DNA from: Geosiphon pyriformis uo1
Taxonomy: Eukaryota > Fungi > Glomeromycota
Assembly (NCBI GenBank): GCA_016748015.1
Contig: JAAOMT010000301.1
Coordinates: 62,001 to 126,000, forward strand
Direction: 5' to 3'
DNA length: 64,000 bases
Shown: one piece after another, positions 1-14,246 of the stretch
Layout of the letters: each line of letters begins with the position of its first letter
How positions within the stretch are numbered: the first letter of the stretch is position 1
Notes under the pieces: model-generated
What the model saw: the letters and a program-made list of their open reading frames with translations, nothing else
The model's database searches: none
Told to the model about the DNA's origin: nothing
Position numbers and translations under genes: made by a program

Positions 1-660
1 TTAGGCTAGAAAATTGAGAAATTCAAGGAATCTTGTATAATGAAATTTATGTAGATATAGCAGTAGTTTTAAAAACAGAAAGAACAGAATTCTCTAACTA
101 AAATTTTTAGCTTAGAATTACCAAATTCTAATATTCTATATCAATAAAAAAACTTATTGTAATTATAATTTATTGTCTGTTATCAATACTTTATATTAAT
201 AGCAATTGATATTTAACTACACTAGACCAATAGCTCTTGATTATAACTATTAACAAGATACTAACTCTTTCTTGCCTTGGCTTATTTTTTTATTTTTTTT
301 TATTTTTTATTTTTCTTTTGTTTTATTATTATTTATTAATTGATTAAAGATTAAACATACAAAGTTATTAATGTTAAAATAACTGGTAAAAGACTCAGAA
401 ATAAGAGTAGAACACTCAAAAATTAAGAATAGCTTACCAGAAAAATTACTGGTCATTATGCTAAGAAAGAAATTCAATGGAATTGCAATTCTAGGAAGTG
501 ATGAATAAAACAACATTTAAAGCTCTGTCTATTATACAAAAGACTCAACCAAAATCTTCAGATAACTAAAATTTTCAAATAATATTAATTGTATCAGCTA
601 TTAAGCACCAAGTTATGGGTTTGTTATTTGATTTAAGATTTCAAATAATTACCTGTAATA
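1..660 (+). mobile_element. LTR0: distal part of an A/D-family Ty3/Gypsy LTR inserted into the pol of element A
   Basis: Aligns to the reverse complement of the D LTRs (U5 hairpins, ctggtaaaagac motif, terminus cctgtaata = cctgtaaca). It is followed by mid-pol sequence, not a PBS, so it is a 3' or solo LTR. Confidence 0.8.
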
Positions 661-3518
661 ATGAATAGGAGAAATGTTATTTGCTTCAACCAAAACAATT
701 AAACCAAATAAACTTAAAAAACTTAGACCCATTTTAATACATGCAGCTCAAAATATTATTCAATAATTTCACTGACATCTTTGTAAATAAAAATAAGTTT
801 GACAGAACTGATATAATCCAGCATTAAATCAAAACTAAAAGTGCTATGTTAATCAAACAATGAGCATATTGAGTACTACTAGCCAGTTATAAAATTATCT
901 GACAAGAAATCAACAGAATATTGGACAATAGATTAATTTAACCATCAATAAGTTTATAGTTATTACCAGTAATACTAGTTTGGAAGAAGAATAAAAAGAT
1001 TCATTTTTGTGTAGATTACAGAAAACTCAACAGTATTATTTGTGAAAATAGCTATTCAACTCCATAAATCCAAAAATTATTTGATGCTTTTAAAGAAAAG
1101 AAATGGTTTTTTACATTAAATTTGGATAGTAGTTACTGACAAGTAGTCATGAATTCAACTGACAAAGGAAAAACAGTATTTACTACATAAGAAAAGAATT
1201 TTGAATTCAATGTTATACCATTTGGCTTAATAAATGCATCAGCAACTTTCCAATAGCTTATGAAAATTGTGTATACTAGATTACTAAAAAAATTAATAGT
1301 AATCTATTTGGATAACACCAATGTGTTTTCCAAAACATTTGATAATTATTTCTACTATCTTCAACAAGTGTTTAAAATATTAAGAAGAGCTGGATTAAAA
1401 CTAAATGCAAACAAGTGTTTTTTTGGCAAAACAAAACTGAAATTCTTGAAATATGTTGTAAATAAAGACAGCATCAAAACAGATCCAGACAAAATTGAGA
1501 TTGTCAAAAACTTTTCAGTATCAACAAATCTTACAGAATTAAAAACATTCTTGGAATTCATTGAATATTATTGCCATTTTATCCAAAACTTTTCTAAACT
1601 GGCTCAACTATTTCATCAGCTCCAAGCCAAGAATATAAAATATGAATGAATGGAAACCCAACAAAAGGCTTTTGATATTTTAAGAAGAAAGCTTATTTAA
1701 GCTCTAGTATTAATCTATTTGGATTATAGCAAGCCATTTATTATTATCACTAATGCATTAGGTCAAGCATTAAGAGCCATACTGTTTCAAAAAAGACCAA
1801 ATAGAAGAAAACACCTAGTAGTATATACCAGCCAAAGCCTAAATCTAGCTGAAAAGAACTATAGAACTCTAGCATTAGAACATTTGGCTATCTATTGGGC
1901 TGTTATCAAATAGAAAGAATACTTAAGTCAAAAATTTAATATAGACATTAATTACAAAGAATTGACATTAATTTAGAAACAAAAATTTGGAAATAATTGT
2001 CATGCAAGATAAAAAATAGAACTTTCACCATTTAATTATACAATACATTATAAAAAGAGAAAAAAAAATAGAAATGCTAACAGTTTGTCATAAATAAAAC
2101 AAATTTATGAACATTTCAATCCAAAAATATAACAAAAGATAAACACACAAAAATATCTACAACTCCAACATTATATTAATACTCAACAGTTCAAGAAAAA
2201 ATTATTTCAAAAGAAATAAAACAACATAAAACAACAATCAAAATATTTTATTATTTATTAAAATATACTATATTGAAAAAACAAAAAGAATTTAAATTAA
2301 CCATTCAAAGTAATTACAAAACCAGAAAAAAAAAATATTATATAACATATACTCAAATTTAATAGCAGGATATTTTTATAAAGAAGCAATCATAAAAAAA
2401 ACCAGAATAAAATATTATTGGCCATCAATATATCCAGACATTATTCAATATGTTCAAAATTGTGATACTTGTCAGAAAAAAAGAGGAACAAGACTTAGTA
2501 AACCACTAAGACCAATTAAAATAGGACAACTATTTGATTGAATTGGAATTGACTTAGTCAGACTATTAATAATAACCAGCAGAGACAATTATTATATAGC
2601 AGTAGTCATGAATTATCTTATTAAATAGCCAGAAATGAAAGCAATTCAAAGAGCAAATACAAAATTTGTAGCCAAATTTGTTTATTAAGATTTAATTTGT
2701 TGACACAGATATTTAAAAAAATTATTATTAAATCAAGAAACTCACTTTATAAACAAAACACTAACAAAATTAAGTTAAAGATTTGGAATTAAGAGACCAT
2801 TATTATTACCATACTATTCACAAACAAATAACTTAGTTGAAAAGTTCAACAAAATATTGTGTAAAGTAATAGCCAAGATTAACCAAAAAAACCAGGACAA
2901 ATGGAATTTGTTTATACTATCAGTACTATTTGCTTATTAAACAATAAAGCAAAATACCACATAAACAACACTATTTGAACTTGTTTATAGTAGAACAGCA
3001 ATATTATCAATTGAAATAAATATCAACACATATCTAATAAAACCAATAAAAGAAGCCAATTTATAAAAAACATTGCTAAAAAAACATATAAACTAATAGA
3101 AACTTTAGAAAACAAAAGATAAAAAGCAGCTAATAATCTTCAAAAGTCACAAGAAAAACAAAAAAAATAACACAATAACAAATTACCAAATAAACTAGTT
3201 GAATTCAGAATTAAAGACAAAGTACTCTTATATTATACCAAAATAAAAAAACAATGGAGTAGAAAATTTGATCCCAAATAAGATAAACTATTTCACATTA
3301 AAGAAATTCTAAGAAATAGAGCTTATAAACTAAGATAAGACAACAAAATTTTAGTTAAAACAACACATAAAAATTGACTGAAACCATATCACAATATAGT
3401 ATTATTATCTATTAATAATATTTTACAACTAAGAACACAATGAATACTAATCCAACCAGTTAAAATTTTACAAGATTTGGAACTAATTATAATTATTAAT
3501 ACAAATACATCAAAGTGA
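661..3518 (+). pseudogene. Element A pol remnant (RT-RNase H-integrase)
   Basis: FCVDYRKLN, PFGLINA, YLDN (1305-1316), RNase H PFIIITNA, integrase YYWP..CDTCQ, GIDL, VEKFN; many stops and frameshifts. Confidence 0.93.
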
Positions 3519-3543
3519 TTAACCAAAATAATATAAAAAAAAC

Positions 3544-4210
3544 ATGGTATACATGACAAAAGCAACAACAGAAAAATGAAAATTCCAGACTACATCTACT
3601 TAATGGCTCAACAATTATTCCAAGCTGTAAATTAACAACAATTAGATATAAAAATCATTATTAACCACCAAACAATCTGCTATTAGAACACCAAAAGAAG
3701 AAAAAAAGCAGAAAATACATCATATCAGCAACCACTGAACTTAACAAAACATTGGTTAGATAAAATAATAGAAAAAGTGAAGAATACTTTTGGAAAAATA
3801 CCCATAATTGTTCTAACAGAGGAGTTAATAAAAAAAAGTTGAAAACACTGAACAGAACAACTTCTAATATTATACTATTATCATCAGTTGGAACAAAAGC
3901 AAAATATTAAGCACTATATACTGACAAATCCAAAAGATTATTCAATCAAGAAATAATACAGCAAATTGAAAACTTTATTAGAAAGAAAACAAACTTATTA
4001 CTTCACATTAAAACAATCTATTGGCTATACATCATATTTTAAAATTATTCAGAAATACTACTATATTTAGAAATAGAAACAATAACTATTAACCAGTAGA
4101 GAAAAATAAACAACTCACAAATAGAAGACATAAGAACCAGAGTTAAACAAACAGTATTAGAAAAAAAAGTAATGAAATTAATCCAAAATAAAAATTTTGA
4201 CAAAGCTTAA
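3544..4210 (+). pseudogene. Element A ORF3 (unknown protein downstream of pol)
   Basis: Colinear homolog of D ORF3 (AQQLFQ, IIINHQTI, YWLYI, RKINNSQIEDI); disrupted. Confidence 0.7.
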
Positions 4211-4216
4211 TATTAC

Positions 4217-4230
4217 AAAAGAGGAGATAA
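4217..4230 (+). promoter_or_regulatory. Polypurine tract of element A
   Basis: aaaagaggagataa immediately before the LTR start tgtta at 4231. Confidence 0.8.
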
Positions 4231-4455
4231 TGTTATTCATAGAAAAGAGTACAAGAGAAATAATAAAAAAAACAGATAAAAAATAGACCAATAAAAGAAT
4301 AGTATTGAGCACATAAGCACATTGTTGGTAAATTATGGCACATTGCTCAAAAAATTATAGCACATTGCTCACAAATATATAAGATCTTATAGAACATCAA
4401 TTATGTATATATAATAAGAGTGTTAAAAAACAGAATACACAGCTAGAATCTCTAA
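4231..4455 (+). mobile_element. Element A 3' LTR, left part (U3), split by element B
   Basis: Starts tgttattcatagaaa, like the D LTR start tgttactcatagaaa; contains gcacattgctca repeats; resumes after 32202. Confidence 0.8.
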
Positions 4456-5430
4456 TGTTACCAGAGGTTTTTGGTCTCTTTTTTTGAATGTTGTTAATGT
4501 CTGTCTGTTGCTAATTTCACATTTTTCTGGAAGCAGTTGAATATCTAATAACTGAATTTATCTTTAAATTATTTCTTATAATTTGAACTGTTGAACTTAT
4601 AAGTAGAATGGCCAATTTTTTGCCAATTGCTTTATGTAATTACATTGTAGTAAATGTCAACTCTTTCTCAAGAATTGCTCATCTGGAAGTTCACTAATAA
4701 TGTGTAATTACTTTGCTGTAAAAGTCAACTCTTTTACAAAAATCTTATTTGTAGGCTATCCTAATAATTATAATAAAAAAAAGAAAGAAAAAATAAGAAA
4801 TATAAAAGAAATAGAATTTTAACAAAAAAAACATTTTTTATCCAGGCCTGGAGTTACTAACAGATTACTAAAATTGGTAGCTAATCAATTTCAAAATGTT
4901 AATTGTGTTGAGAAAATTTCAAGTGTGATAATTTAAAGGATTTGGTTTTCAAATATTTAATTTTTATTTGAAATGTGTAAAAGGTAATTTGTTTTAATTA
5001 AGATTCTAAAGTAAAATGCTATAATAAGATACTATAAAAAGATATATATTTTTAAAAAGAAAAGCTCTTCTTTTATACAACTTGTTGTAGTACTAGTCTT
5101 TGAACTTGCACTTTTTTCTTTGCTCTAATTTCAACAAACTAAAATATATTTTAGCAAACTACAAGTTATTTCTACAAACTATTGATTATTTCGGCCAATT
5201 TTTATCAATTTCGGCAAATTTTGACTATATTAAATGGTTCAAAGTATTGTGTAATTTGATTATCTTAATTTCTATGATGTAAATCAAGTTATTAATTGAG
5301 TAATGATATTTGATAATTTGATTAAATAATAAGTGATAATTGAAATAATAATAATAATATATACTAATTAATAATAAGAATTATGAAGGTAATTTCATGC
5401 TAATTAATAGCTAAAATTCTACTGGTAATA
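4456..5430 (-). repeat. Element B 3' LTR
   Basis: tgttaccagag...ctggtaata; near-identical to 13365-14246 and related to 34310-35280. Confidence 0.92.
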
Positions 5431-5444
5431 TAATTTTCTTCTTA

Positions 5445-6200
5445 AGACTGAGTTCTGGTGAAGTCCAAGCACTATCTGTAATGTTAAGATAGTAGTTCAA
5501 GATAATTGATGTGATTTGGTCTAAAAATTATTGAAATTTCAGTTCTGTAAGCTTTCCAATGTATTGAATTTTTATTAAATAAAGTATTAGATTTTGTAGG
5601 AGGTTTTTACAAGTGTTAAATAAATTATAAAGTCTGAATGCTGCTTTAAGTTTGTAGCAAGTATTTGTTGGTTCAGTTGCTGTCTTGAATTTATTGTGAA
5701 TTTGTTTTTGTATAGCTTTAGGAGTGATGTTGGTTGTTTCAAGTTCCAGTTTTCATTTATAAAGTGTTTTTTCAATATGAAAATATTTATAAATAAGGGT
5801 ATTTTCATTGTTTTGTTTATTAAAAAATAATAGAAGTTTTTGTTAGACTGTGGTATTTGGTGGAATGTCAATAGGAATAAATAAAAAATTTTCTTTTAGT
5901 GCTTGCTTCAAAAGTTCTGGTAATTGATTTCCAGAGTGATCTCTTGTTTTTTTTCTATAAAAGTAATAATTTAGAAAATTATTTACTACTAGTGTTGTGG
6001 TTTTTTCTAAGTGTAATTAATTTGACTTCTATTAATTGTTATAGATAAGTTAGGAAGTGTTTTTAAAATTAACATTAATTTTTGAGATATTTGTTGAATA
6101 TTTCGAGAAATAATTATAATAAAAATGACTAATTAATAAGTAAATTTGAAAAAAATAAAGAAAATTATTTTTGGATATAGAGTTTTTATTTGTTTTTGGG
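5445..6200 (-). pseudogene. Element B ORF3 remnant
   Basis: Lies between the pol stop and the PPT; ends IKIQYIGKLTELKFQ*FLDQI...SPELS, matching the ORF3 C-terminal motif. Boundaries approximate. Confidence 0.55.
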
Positions 6201-6279
6201 TTTGAATGTTTCTTGTAATTATTTACTATTTTTGTTTTATGTTTTGTGTATTTAAAAAAGGTTTTTGTGAAATTGTTTA

Positions 6280-9200
6280 ATTAAGTGTTCAAGTTTGGTT
6301 GTTGTTCTATTATAATTATTGGTTCTAAATTTTGAAAAATATTTTCAGGATTAACTAAAGAGAAATGTGTACTAATTTGTGAAATTAATAGTTTAAGATT
6401 GTTTCTGAAATGATAGTGTTTCAATTAATCTCTATGTGCAACTTTTGCTAGTACTTTGTTATCAAGTCTTAACTTGTATAATTTATTGCCTAAAATTTCA
6501 TAGATATAAAATGATCCATCTCATTTATGTTCAAATTTCTCACTCCATTGTTTTTCAGCCTTAATTCTGTGTAAAAAAACTTTATTTCCAACTTTAAATT
6601 TGTTGGTAACTGATGGCAATTTGTTGTTATGTCTTTTTTTTTGTTGAGCTTGAGAGTATTTAATATGAGTTGCTGCTATGTGTTTTTTTCCTTCCAATGT
6701 ACTAAGAAGAGTATAGACTTTTCTTTAAAGTATTTCTTAAAAGTTTTTTTTATTAATTGGTTGTACTGAGTATATTTCTACTGTAAAATTAATTAGTAAT
6801 ATTGTTGTTTTTTTATAAATAAGATCAAATGATGTGTGTTTTATAGTATCTTGTTTTAGTGTTCTGTAGGCTAATAACACTAATGGAATAAATATATCCC
6901 ATTTCTGCTCAAAATCTGTTAAGACTTTGGCTAAAAATTCACACAATGTTCTGTTGAAATGTTCTATAAATTCATTTGTTTGGAAGTAATAAGATAATAA
7001 TAAAGGTCTTTTGACATTAAATCATTCACAAATTTCTTGTATCAAGTTGTTCACAAAATGTGTTTCTTAATTAGATAAAAGTTCAATTGGACATTTATGT
7101 CTACAAATAATGTCTTTATAAATGAAATTTGCTACTAATTTTGCATCTGTTTTTTGAATGGCTCTAGCTTTGGCCATTTGATAAGATAATCTACTGCAAT
7201 TGCAATATAACAATTTCTTTGGATTGTGATAGGTAATGGTTTAACTAAATCAATTCCAATTCTGTCAAAAGGTTGTCTAACTTTAATTGGATTTAGAGGT
7301 TCTGTGGGGCAAGTTTCTTTTCTTCTTTGACAACTATCACAAAATTCTACATATTGTCGAATATCTTTTTACATGTGAAGCCAAAAATAATGTTCAAGGG
7401 TTCTTTGAATTGTTCCATCTCTTTTCAAGTGTGCTGAAAAAGGATCTGTGTACATGTTATATAGAATTGTTTTTTTTTGTTTTCTTGTACTAATCTAAGT
7501 AATTGGTTTAGATTTTTGCAATTTTTATAATAGATTTTGTTGTGATGTATAAAATATTGTTTTAATTGGTATTGTAATCAGTGTTTTTTACTTAAAGACA
7601 AATTTTCTAACATGGTAAAAGTTTCTAAATAGTTTTTAAGATTGTTGTAATTTCTGAGATCTATTTTTGTTATTTTGTTGGTAGATTGGTAAGTTGTGGT
7701 GGAATTGTTATTGGTGTTAATCTTGTCTTATTCTTGAAAAATTATCAACATTGGTATGTAGTTTTCCTGGTTTGTGATGTACAATATATTTGTAGTCTGC
7801 TAGAAAATTATTTTATCGAGACTGTTTGGCATTTTGTTCAGTTTTCTTTTTATTAAGCCATTTAAGACCAATATTGTCAGTTATAATGTCAAATTTTTTT
7901 CCATTCTTTAAATATTGTTGAAAGTGTTTAAGAGTCCAAATGACTGCAGCAGCTTCTAATTCAGTTAAGCCATATTTAAGTTCTGTTGGTTTAAGTATTC
8001 TGCTAACATAGGCAATGACTTGTTTCTGGACATTTTCATCCAATTGTAATAGAATAGTACCAAAAGCTATGTGTGAAGCATCAGTGACTAGTTGGAACCA
8101 TTTGTTGAAGTTTGAATAAGCAAAAACTGGTGCTGTTGTCAATTTTGTCTTAAGAGTTTCAAAGACTTTCTGTTGTTCTTCAGTCTATTAGTATAGCACA
8201 TTTTTGTTGGTAAAATAATTAAGTGGTTTAGCAATCTCTGAAAATTTTTTTATGAATTTTCAATAGTATAAAGCTAATCCTACAAATCCTCATAGCTCTG
8301 TGGTATTTTTGGGTGTTTAAAAGTTTTTGACAGCACTAATTGTTCTTGAATTTGGTTTGACTCTATTTTTACTAACTATGTGTTCAAGAAAGATTAAGTT
8401 TGTTTTTCCAAAGTGACATTTCTCAATGTTCAACTTCAATCTTGCTTTCTATAATTATTGAAAAACTTTTCTCAGGTGAATAAGATGAGCTTCAAAGCTT
8501 GGTGAATACACATTAGTATTATCTAAGTAGACAACTACTAATTGCCATAAAAGTTTTTCATATACAACATTCATAAATCACTGGAATGTTGTTAGTGCAT
8601 TGAAGAGTCCAAAAGACATAATATTAAACTTATAGTTTCCTTCTTGGGTGGTAAATACTGTTTTGGGTCAATCTTTTGGGTCCATTTCAACTTGCCAATA
8701 TACACTTTCCAAGTCTAAAGTTGAGAAAAACTTGGCTTTTCCTAAAGCATCTAACATGTTATCAATTCTAGAAAAGATGTAAGTATCTTTAATTATCATA
8801 CTGTTTAATTGGCAATAGTCAACACAAAATCTGATTTTTTCATTTTTTTTTAACCAAAACTACTGGTAAGGCCCATGGACTTTTTAATGATTGAATCAAT
8901 TTGTTATTGAGCATTCTTTGGATCTTTTCTCTAATAAATTGGTGATTAACAGGTAGAACTTGATATGCTTGTTGTTATTTTGGTGGAGCATCTTCTGTGT
9001 GGATCTGATGTTAGACAATATTAGTTTTTCTAAGATTATTGTTGTTTTTTGCAAATATATCTGCGAATTCAGCTATTAGCTGTTTTAATTGTCTTTGTTG
9101 TTAGAGTTCTAAGAGATCCATGTTAATTTAAGAGAGTTTTTTTTCCAAAAAGTGGTAGTTTTTAGTAGTAGGGATGATGTTTGGATTTGGAAGTAAAGTA

Positions 9201-11330
9201 TGCCTTACAATTTCGATGAAATTAGAGACAATTTGAGAGTTTTCATCTTGAAAAATGTTGCTATGTATTATTCCAATTTCTAATTTATTTAATAGAACAA
9301 TGAGATAGTTGTTGGGATTGTAAAATGTAACTTGAAATTTCTTTATTCCTTTGAAAATATAAATGTTTGGAATTGAAATTTCATGATTCAAGCAGATTTG
9401 TTTATTGAATTCAAAGATTTGTTAAGTAATGATGGGTTTTGAGCAAGTGTAAATTTCGTGATGTTTTTCAAAAGATAAAATAGTAATTGGTTGGGAAAGT
9501 TAAAAAATCTGGTAAGATTTATTCTGTATATTGAGAGCTACGTTTACTAGAACTGTGAATCATTCAGTTGAACCAAAATTTTGTATTCCTCTTTCACTTT
9601 TGCCTAATTGTTCTCTGTTATTGACTAATTGTAACTCTAAAATGTTGATTAAGAGTAGGTAAATTGTTTGAGCAATCTTTTTAGCATATTCAATCTTAAA
9701 TGGTTTGTCTGTTTCATTTTGTAACATGATGGTGATATCTCCAGTGTATCCTGTATCTATAACTTCTTCTCTAACATTGATTTTTTTGCTGGTTAGAAAT
9801 GATCAAGAAGCAATTTGAACCATTGTTTTTGATGGAATTTTGAGAGCAATTCTGAGATTAATTTTTGTTAAAAATTTTGGTTGGAGGACCAAAGTATCTT
9901 TTCCTGGATATTATAAATCATATCCAGCATTTATATTATGAGTTTTTTTTGGCTTGATTCCTTGACTATTGTTGTTAAAGTATTTGAGTTGTAGAGCTGG
10001 TTGGTTCTTAATAAGATAGATTGGAGTTGTTGCAATTTCTTCTTCTGATTCAGGTTTTCCAAATTCAATTTTCTCTTGGTCATCTTGTCTGGATAAGAGG
10101 ATGCTAAGGACATAGTATTTTGGACATCATTTATTATTACAAGGCATGATGTATTTTTCACACAATTGAATGTTCATTTGCTTTAATTGTTGAATTTGAG
10201 CTTTCTGAGTTGGATAAGTGTAACTTGCAATTTGGTGATATGTTTTCACTTAATTTTCATAGTTGAATTCAGCTAATTCTATAGTGTACTTAATGTATTC
10301 AGCTTCTTTTATTTGGTAGACATTTTTTTGTGTGGCTCTATTGATTAAAGTCATTGCTAAGTCAAAAATCATTTTAGCATTATGAGAATAATGGTAAAGT
10401 TTGTTAAGAATACTGTTGTATGCTACATTAAAAGGAGTTCTTTTTCTGACTTTTTCCGAGATTAATAGAGCATATTGGCAGATTTGATCACATACTTCTT
10501 TTTTTATTGCAACATTAATCCAGTTGCATTCTTCTAATAGTGTATTTCCACATGTAAAACAAAGAGTGTTGTTCCATTTTCTATTTTATTTAGAATATCT
10601 AAATCATTCTCTATGGCATGTTTTACAATAGTAACAAGTGTGAATTTCATATTCTTCTTCTGAAAAAATACATGCTTCCATTGATGAAAGTTTTTTTTTA
10701 CAATTTTTACATTTAAATGGAATATAAGGTGGTTGTTTCTATGGTTTTAATGTAGAATATCTAACTAAATTTCATCCTCTGGTCTCTTCAAAAAGTTTTT
10801 GTTCTGTTTTTTTAGCCCAATTAGATGGTGATTTAAGAGCCATAAAGGTTTTAGTGATTAGTAGTTCTTTCTCCTCTTTAAATTCGAATACTGGGGCTTT
10901 TTCAGATTTTTTATTAAAAGTACCACAGGTGATAAGTACTTTGGTGTATTGTTTTTGGTATAAAATTTTCAATTCCTGGGTTTTCCAATCTAAATTTGCA
11001 TTGGCCTTGAGAAGCCAATTATTTCTGACAAGAGCTTGGTATTGGGGTGTATCTATGACTAAAACTTTAACTGGAATAGTGATTCCATTAATGGTAAATG
11101 AAAAGTTGTCAATTTCTCCTACTGGTGTCTTTTTCATTTCATTTACTATAACAATAACTGTTTGGGCAGATTTGTCAACAGTTTGTTAAAATTGTTGTAT
11201 CAGTTGGTAGGTGATGATACTTCCAGCTGATTTACTGTTTAGAATTAACTGGATTTGTTTTTCTTCTACTTCAGCTTTAGTATACATAGCAGTAATTGCT
11301 TTTTGTTCATTGACTGCTGTATTGCTAAAC
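6280..11330 (-). pseudogene. Element B pol (protease, Cys-rich domain, dUTPase, RT, RNase H, integrase)
   Basis: LILNSKSAGS protease; dUTPase at ~9563-9960 (AGYDL, VIDTGYTG, KIAQ, RGIQNFGST); YLDN at 8518-8529; VTDAS..ELEAAAVIW RNase H; GIDLV and DGSF in integrase. Confidence 0.92.
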
Positions 11331-11399
11331 AAGAATGGTGATTCATTTGCCTCAAATTCAAAAGGAAATATGTTTAAAAAATTGGCATTATAGGCAATT

Positions 11400-13340
11400 T
11401 GGACAGATAGAATAGTATTGTTAAAAGAGTTTAATTTTGGTGCTGCAGCTTCATCTTTAGAAAGTGCAGTTTGTTGAAAATCCGATTTTTCTGGTATTGT
11501 AAGATAACTGGATTGAGTGTGGTAGTAATTGGGTCTTTGCTGACCAGAATTTCGAAGAACCAATTAGTTGTTTGGGTTGATTTTGTTGTTATTATTTTGG
11601 AATTAATTTTGAGGTGTAAATTGGTTTTGTTGAACCAATCTTCAGACTGGTATTTGATATTGTTGTGTAAGTAGTTGTAAATACTGTTGAATTGGTAGAG
11701 ATTGTTGATATTGCTGCTGTAGAACAGGCTGATAATAATTATTTTGCTATTGAGGTTTTGAGAAATAGTAGGCTGGTAATGGAAACTGATAAAAAAATTG
11801 CTGTGTTGAAGAATAATATTGATTACTCTTGTTTTGTTGGTCTCTTTGTAGTTTTTTGCAGTCTCTTTTCCAATGTCTTGGAATTTCACAGTAGTAACAA
11901 CTTTGGTTTTAGCTGTTTGATGATAATAAGTAGTTGTTTTGGTTTTATCATTATGGTGGCTAATATCTTTGTGATTGTTACTGTTGTTGTTGGTTGGTAA
12001 AATAGTTTTCAACCTTCTTTGTAAGTTGGTCAATTTTTCTTCAGCTGCTGAGCTGGTTTTTCCAATTACAAGATTCACAAGTTTTGTGTAGTTGGCTTTT
12101 TCCATAGTTATTTCATAATTCTTTGCATGTTAGATACCAGTGGCTAAATCTTTAGGTGAATGTGGACACACTTTTTTTATAAGTTTATTTTTAATCCAGC
12201 AATGAATTGATCTAAGATTTGGGCATCAAAATAGTATTCATTGGTTTCCAACTGGTGAATTTTTCCAAGAAGTTTGTTGAACTTTTTTAGATAGGTCATA
12301 ACTGATTTACTTGGTTCTTGTTTGATATTTCAGAACTGATTTCAAAAAGTAATAAATGTGTTGTTGTCAATAAATTGTTGTAAAAAAGCATTTTTGAATG
12401 CTTGCCAGTTCTCAAAAAGTGCATCCAAGTTTTCAAACCATTCTTCTGCTGTTTCTTGGAGAAAGTATGAGATTGCTTTAAGCATTCTTGCTGCATTTCA
12501 TCCATTTGCATCTTCTGCTTTCTGGACTTTGTCAAGCTATTCTTGTAAACTGATATCATTATCTTTTTCAGTGAATTCTGAAATTTTTGCAATGTAAACA
12601 GTTGTCATTTTTTCTTTATTTTCTGTGGTTTTTTTTTGTTCTGATTCAGTTTTTTTACTTTTCAAGTTCTCTGAATGATTACTTTTATTTTTCTGTAAGT
12701 AATTAATAATATTGGTACTGGTTAATATGGGTTCTTGTTGTTGAGTAGAACTTTTAGGTAACTAAAAATTTTTTAGTCTTAAGAAACAGATAAGTAGTAA
12801 ATTTGGTGTTTGTGATCAAGCAAGTAAAATTAAAAATAGTATAATAGAAAGTGGTAATTTGATATTAGTTCTTAGTTTAGGTGTTTGTAAGTGTTTAACA
12901 GTTGTTTTTGGTGTATTGTGAGTTGTATGGCTAATCCAAATTTTTTCTTTTTATTTTCTGTTGTTGCTGTTTTCTGGTTCTGATTCAAAGTTAACAAAGT
13001 ATTTGAATTGTACTGGGTATTTTTCTTCACAATACTAAATAATGTTAAAATTAAGTTCTTGGAAGTAGATGCCAAGTGTTTTACTGTTCAGGTTTTCTGT
13101 TTCTAATTGTGAATAATGCAATAAATTATTGTAGAGATTGTTTCTGACTTCTGAAATGTTGTAGTTTCCAAAAAAATAATTGTTAATACAGTTTTCAATA
13201 TACTAGTAGAGTGTTCTTTTAACAATTTCAATTCTGTCTGGGATGTTGAATCTCTGCTTGCAATGAGTGTAAATTGATTAATAATACTCTAGAGTTGTTG
13301 TGTCTGATGTGGTTGCCACTTTGAATTTGTTGTTGCTGTG
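11400..13340 (-). pseudogene. Element B gag remnant
   Basis: Retrotrans_gag-like AIPYFLQETAEEWFE-type segment; CCHC knuckle CYYCEIPRHWKRDC at ~11858-11900. Confidence 0.8.
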
Positions 13341-13345
13341 TTATT

Positions 13346-13362
13346 TCCATAAAAGAGCACCA
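13346..13362 (-). promoter_or_regulatory. Primer-binding site of element B
   Basis: Minus strand tggtgctc, 2 nt from the LTR end. Confidence 0.75.
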
Positions 13363-13364
13363 AA

Positions 13365-14246
13365 TATTACCAGAGATTTTTGGTTTTTTTTTTGAATGTT
13401 GTTAATATTTGTCTGTTGCTAATTTCACATTTTTTTGGAAGCAGTTGAACTTCTAATAACTGAATTTATCTTCAAATTATCTCCTATAATTTGAACTGCT
13501 GGGCTTATGAGTGAAATAACCAATTCTTTATCAGTTGCTTTATGTAGTTATGTTGTAGTAAATGTTAACTCTTTTCTAAGAATTGCTTATCTGGAAGCTC
13601 ACTAATAATGTGTAGTTACTTTGCTGTAAAAGTCAACTTTTTTACAGGAATTTTATCTGTAAACTATTCTAATAATTATAATAAGAAAAAAAAAGGAAAA
13701 ATAAAAAATGTAAAAGAAATAGAATTTTAACAAGAGAAACGTTTTCTATTTAAGTCTGGAGTTACTAACAGATTACTGAAATTGGTAGCTAATCAATTTC
13801 AAAATATTAGTTGTGTTGAGAGAATTTCAAGTGTGATAATTTAAAGAATTTGGTTTTCAAATATTTAATTTTTATTTGAGATATGTAAAAAGTAATTTGT
13901 TCTAATTAAAATTCTAAAGTAAAATGCTATTGTAAGATACTATGAGAAGATACATTTTCTTGAAAAGAAAAGCTTTTCTTTTATACAACTTGTTGTAGTA
14001 CTAGTCTTTGAACTTGCATTTTTTTTTTTGCTCTAATTTTGGCAAACTAAAAATACATTTTGGTAAACTACAAGTTATTTTTACAAACTATTGATTATTT
14101 CGGCCAATTTTTATCAATTTGGTGAATTTTGACTATATTAAATGGTTTAGGATATTGTGTAGTTTGATTATCTTAATTTCTATGGTGCAAATCAGGTTAT
14201 TAATTGAGTAATAATATTTAATAATTTGATTAAATAATAATAATAT
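13365..14246 (-). repeat. Element B 5' LTR (main part; last 70 bp displaced to 32133-32202 by C)
   Basis: Matches 4456-5360; the continuation atgctaattaataat...ataaca is found after C. Confidence 0.9.

Noticed and set aside
4841-4852. 12-bp palindrome tccaggcctgga in the B LTR as a dimerisation signal
   Set aside because: Broken in the 5' LTR; the symmetric version in F can arise from C>T/G>A decay alone.
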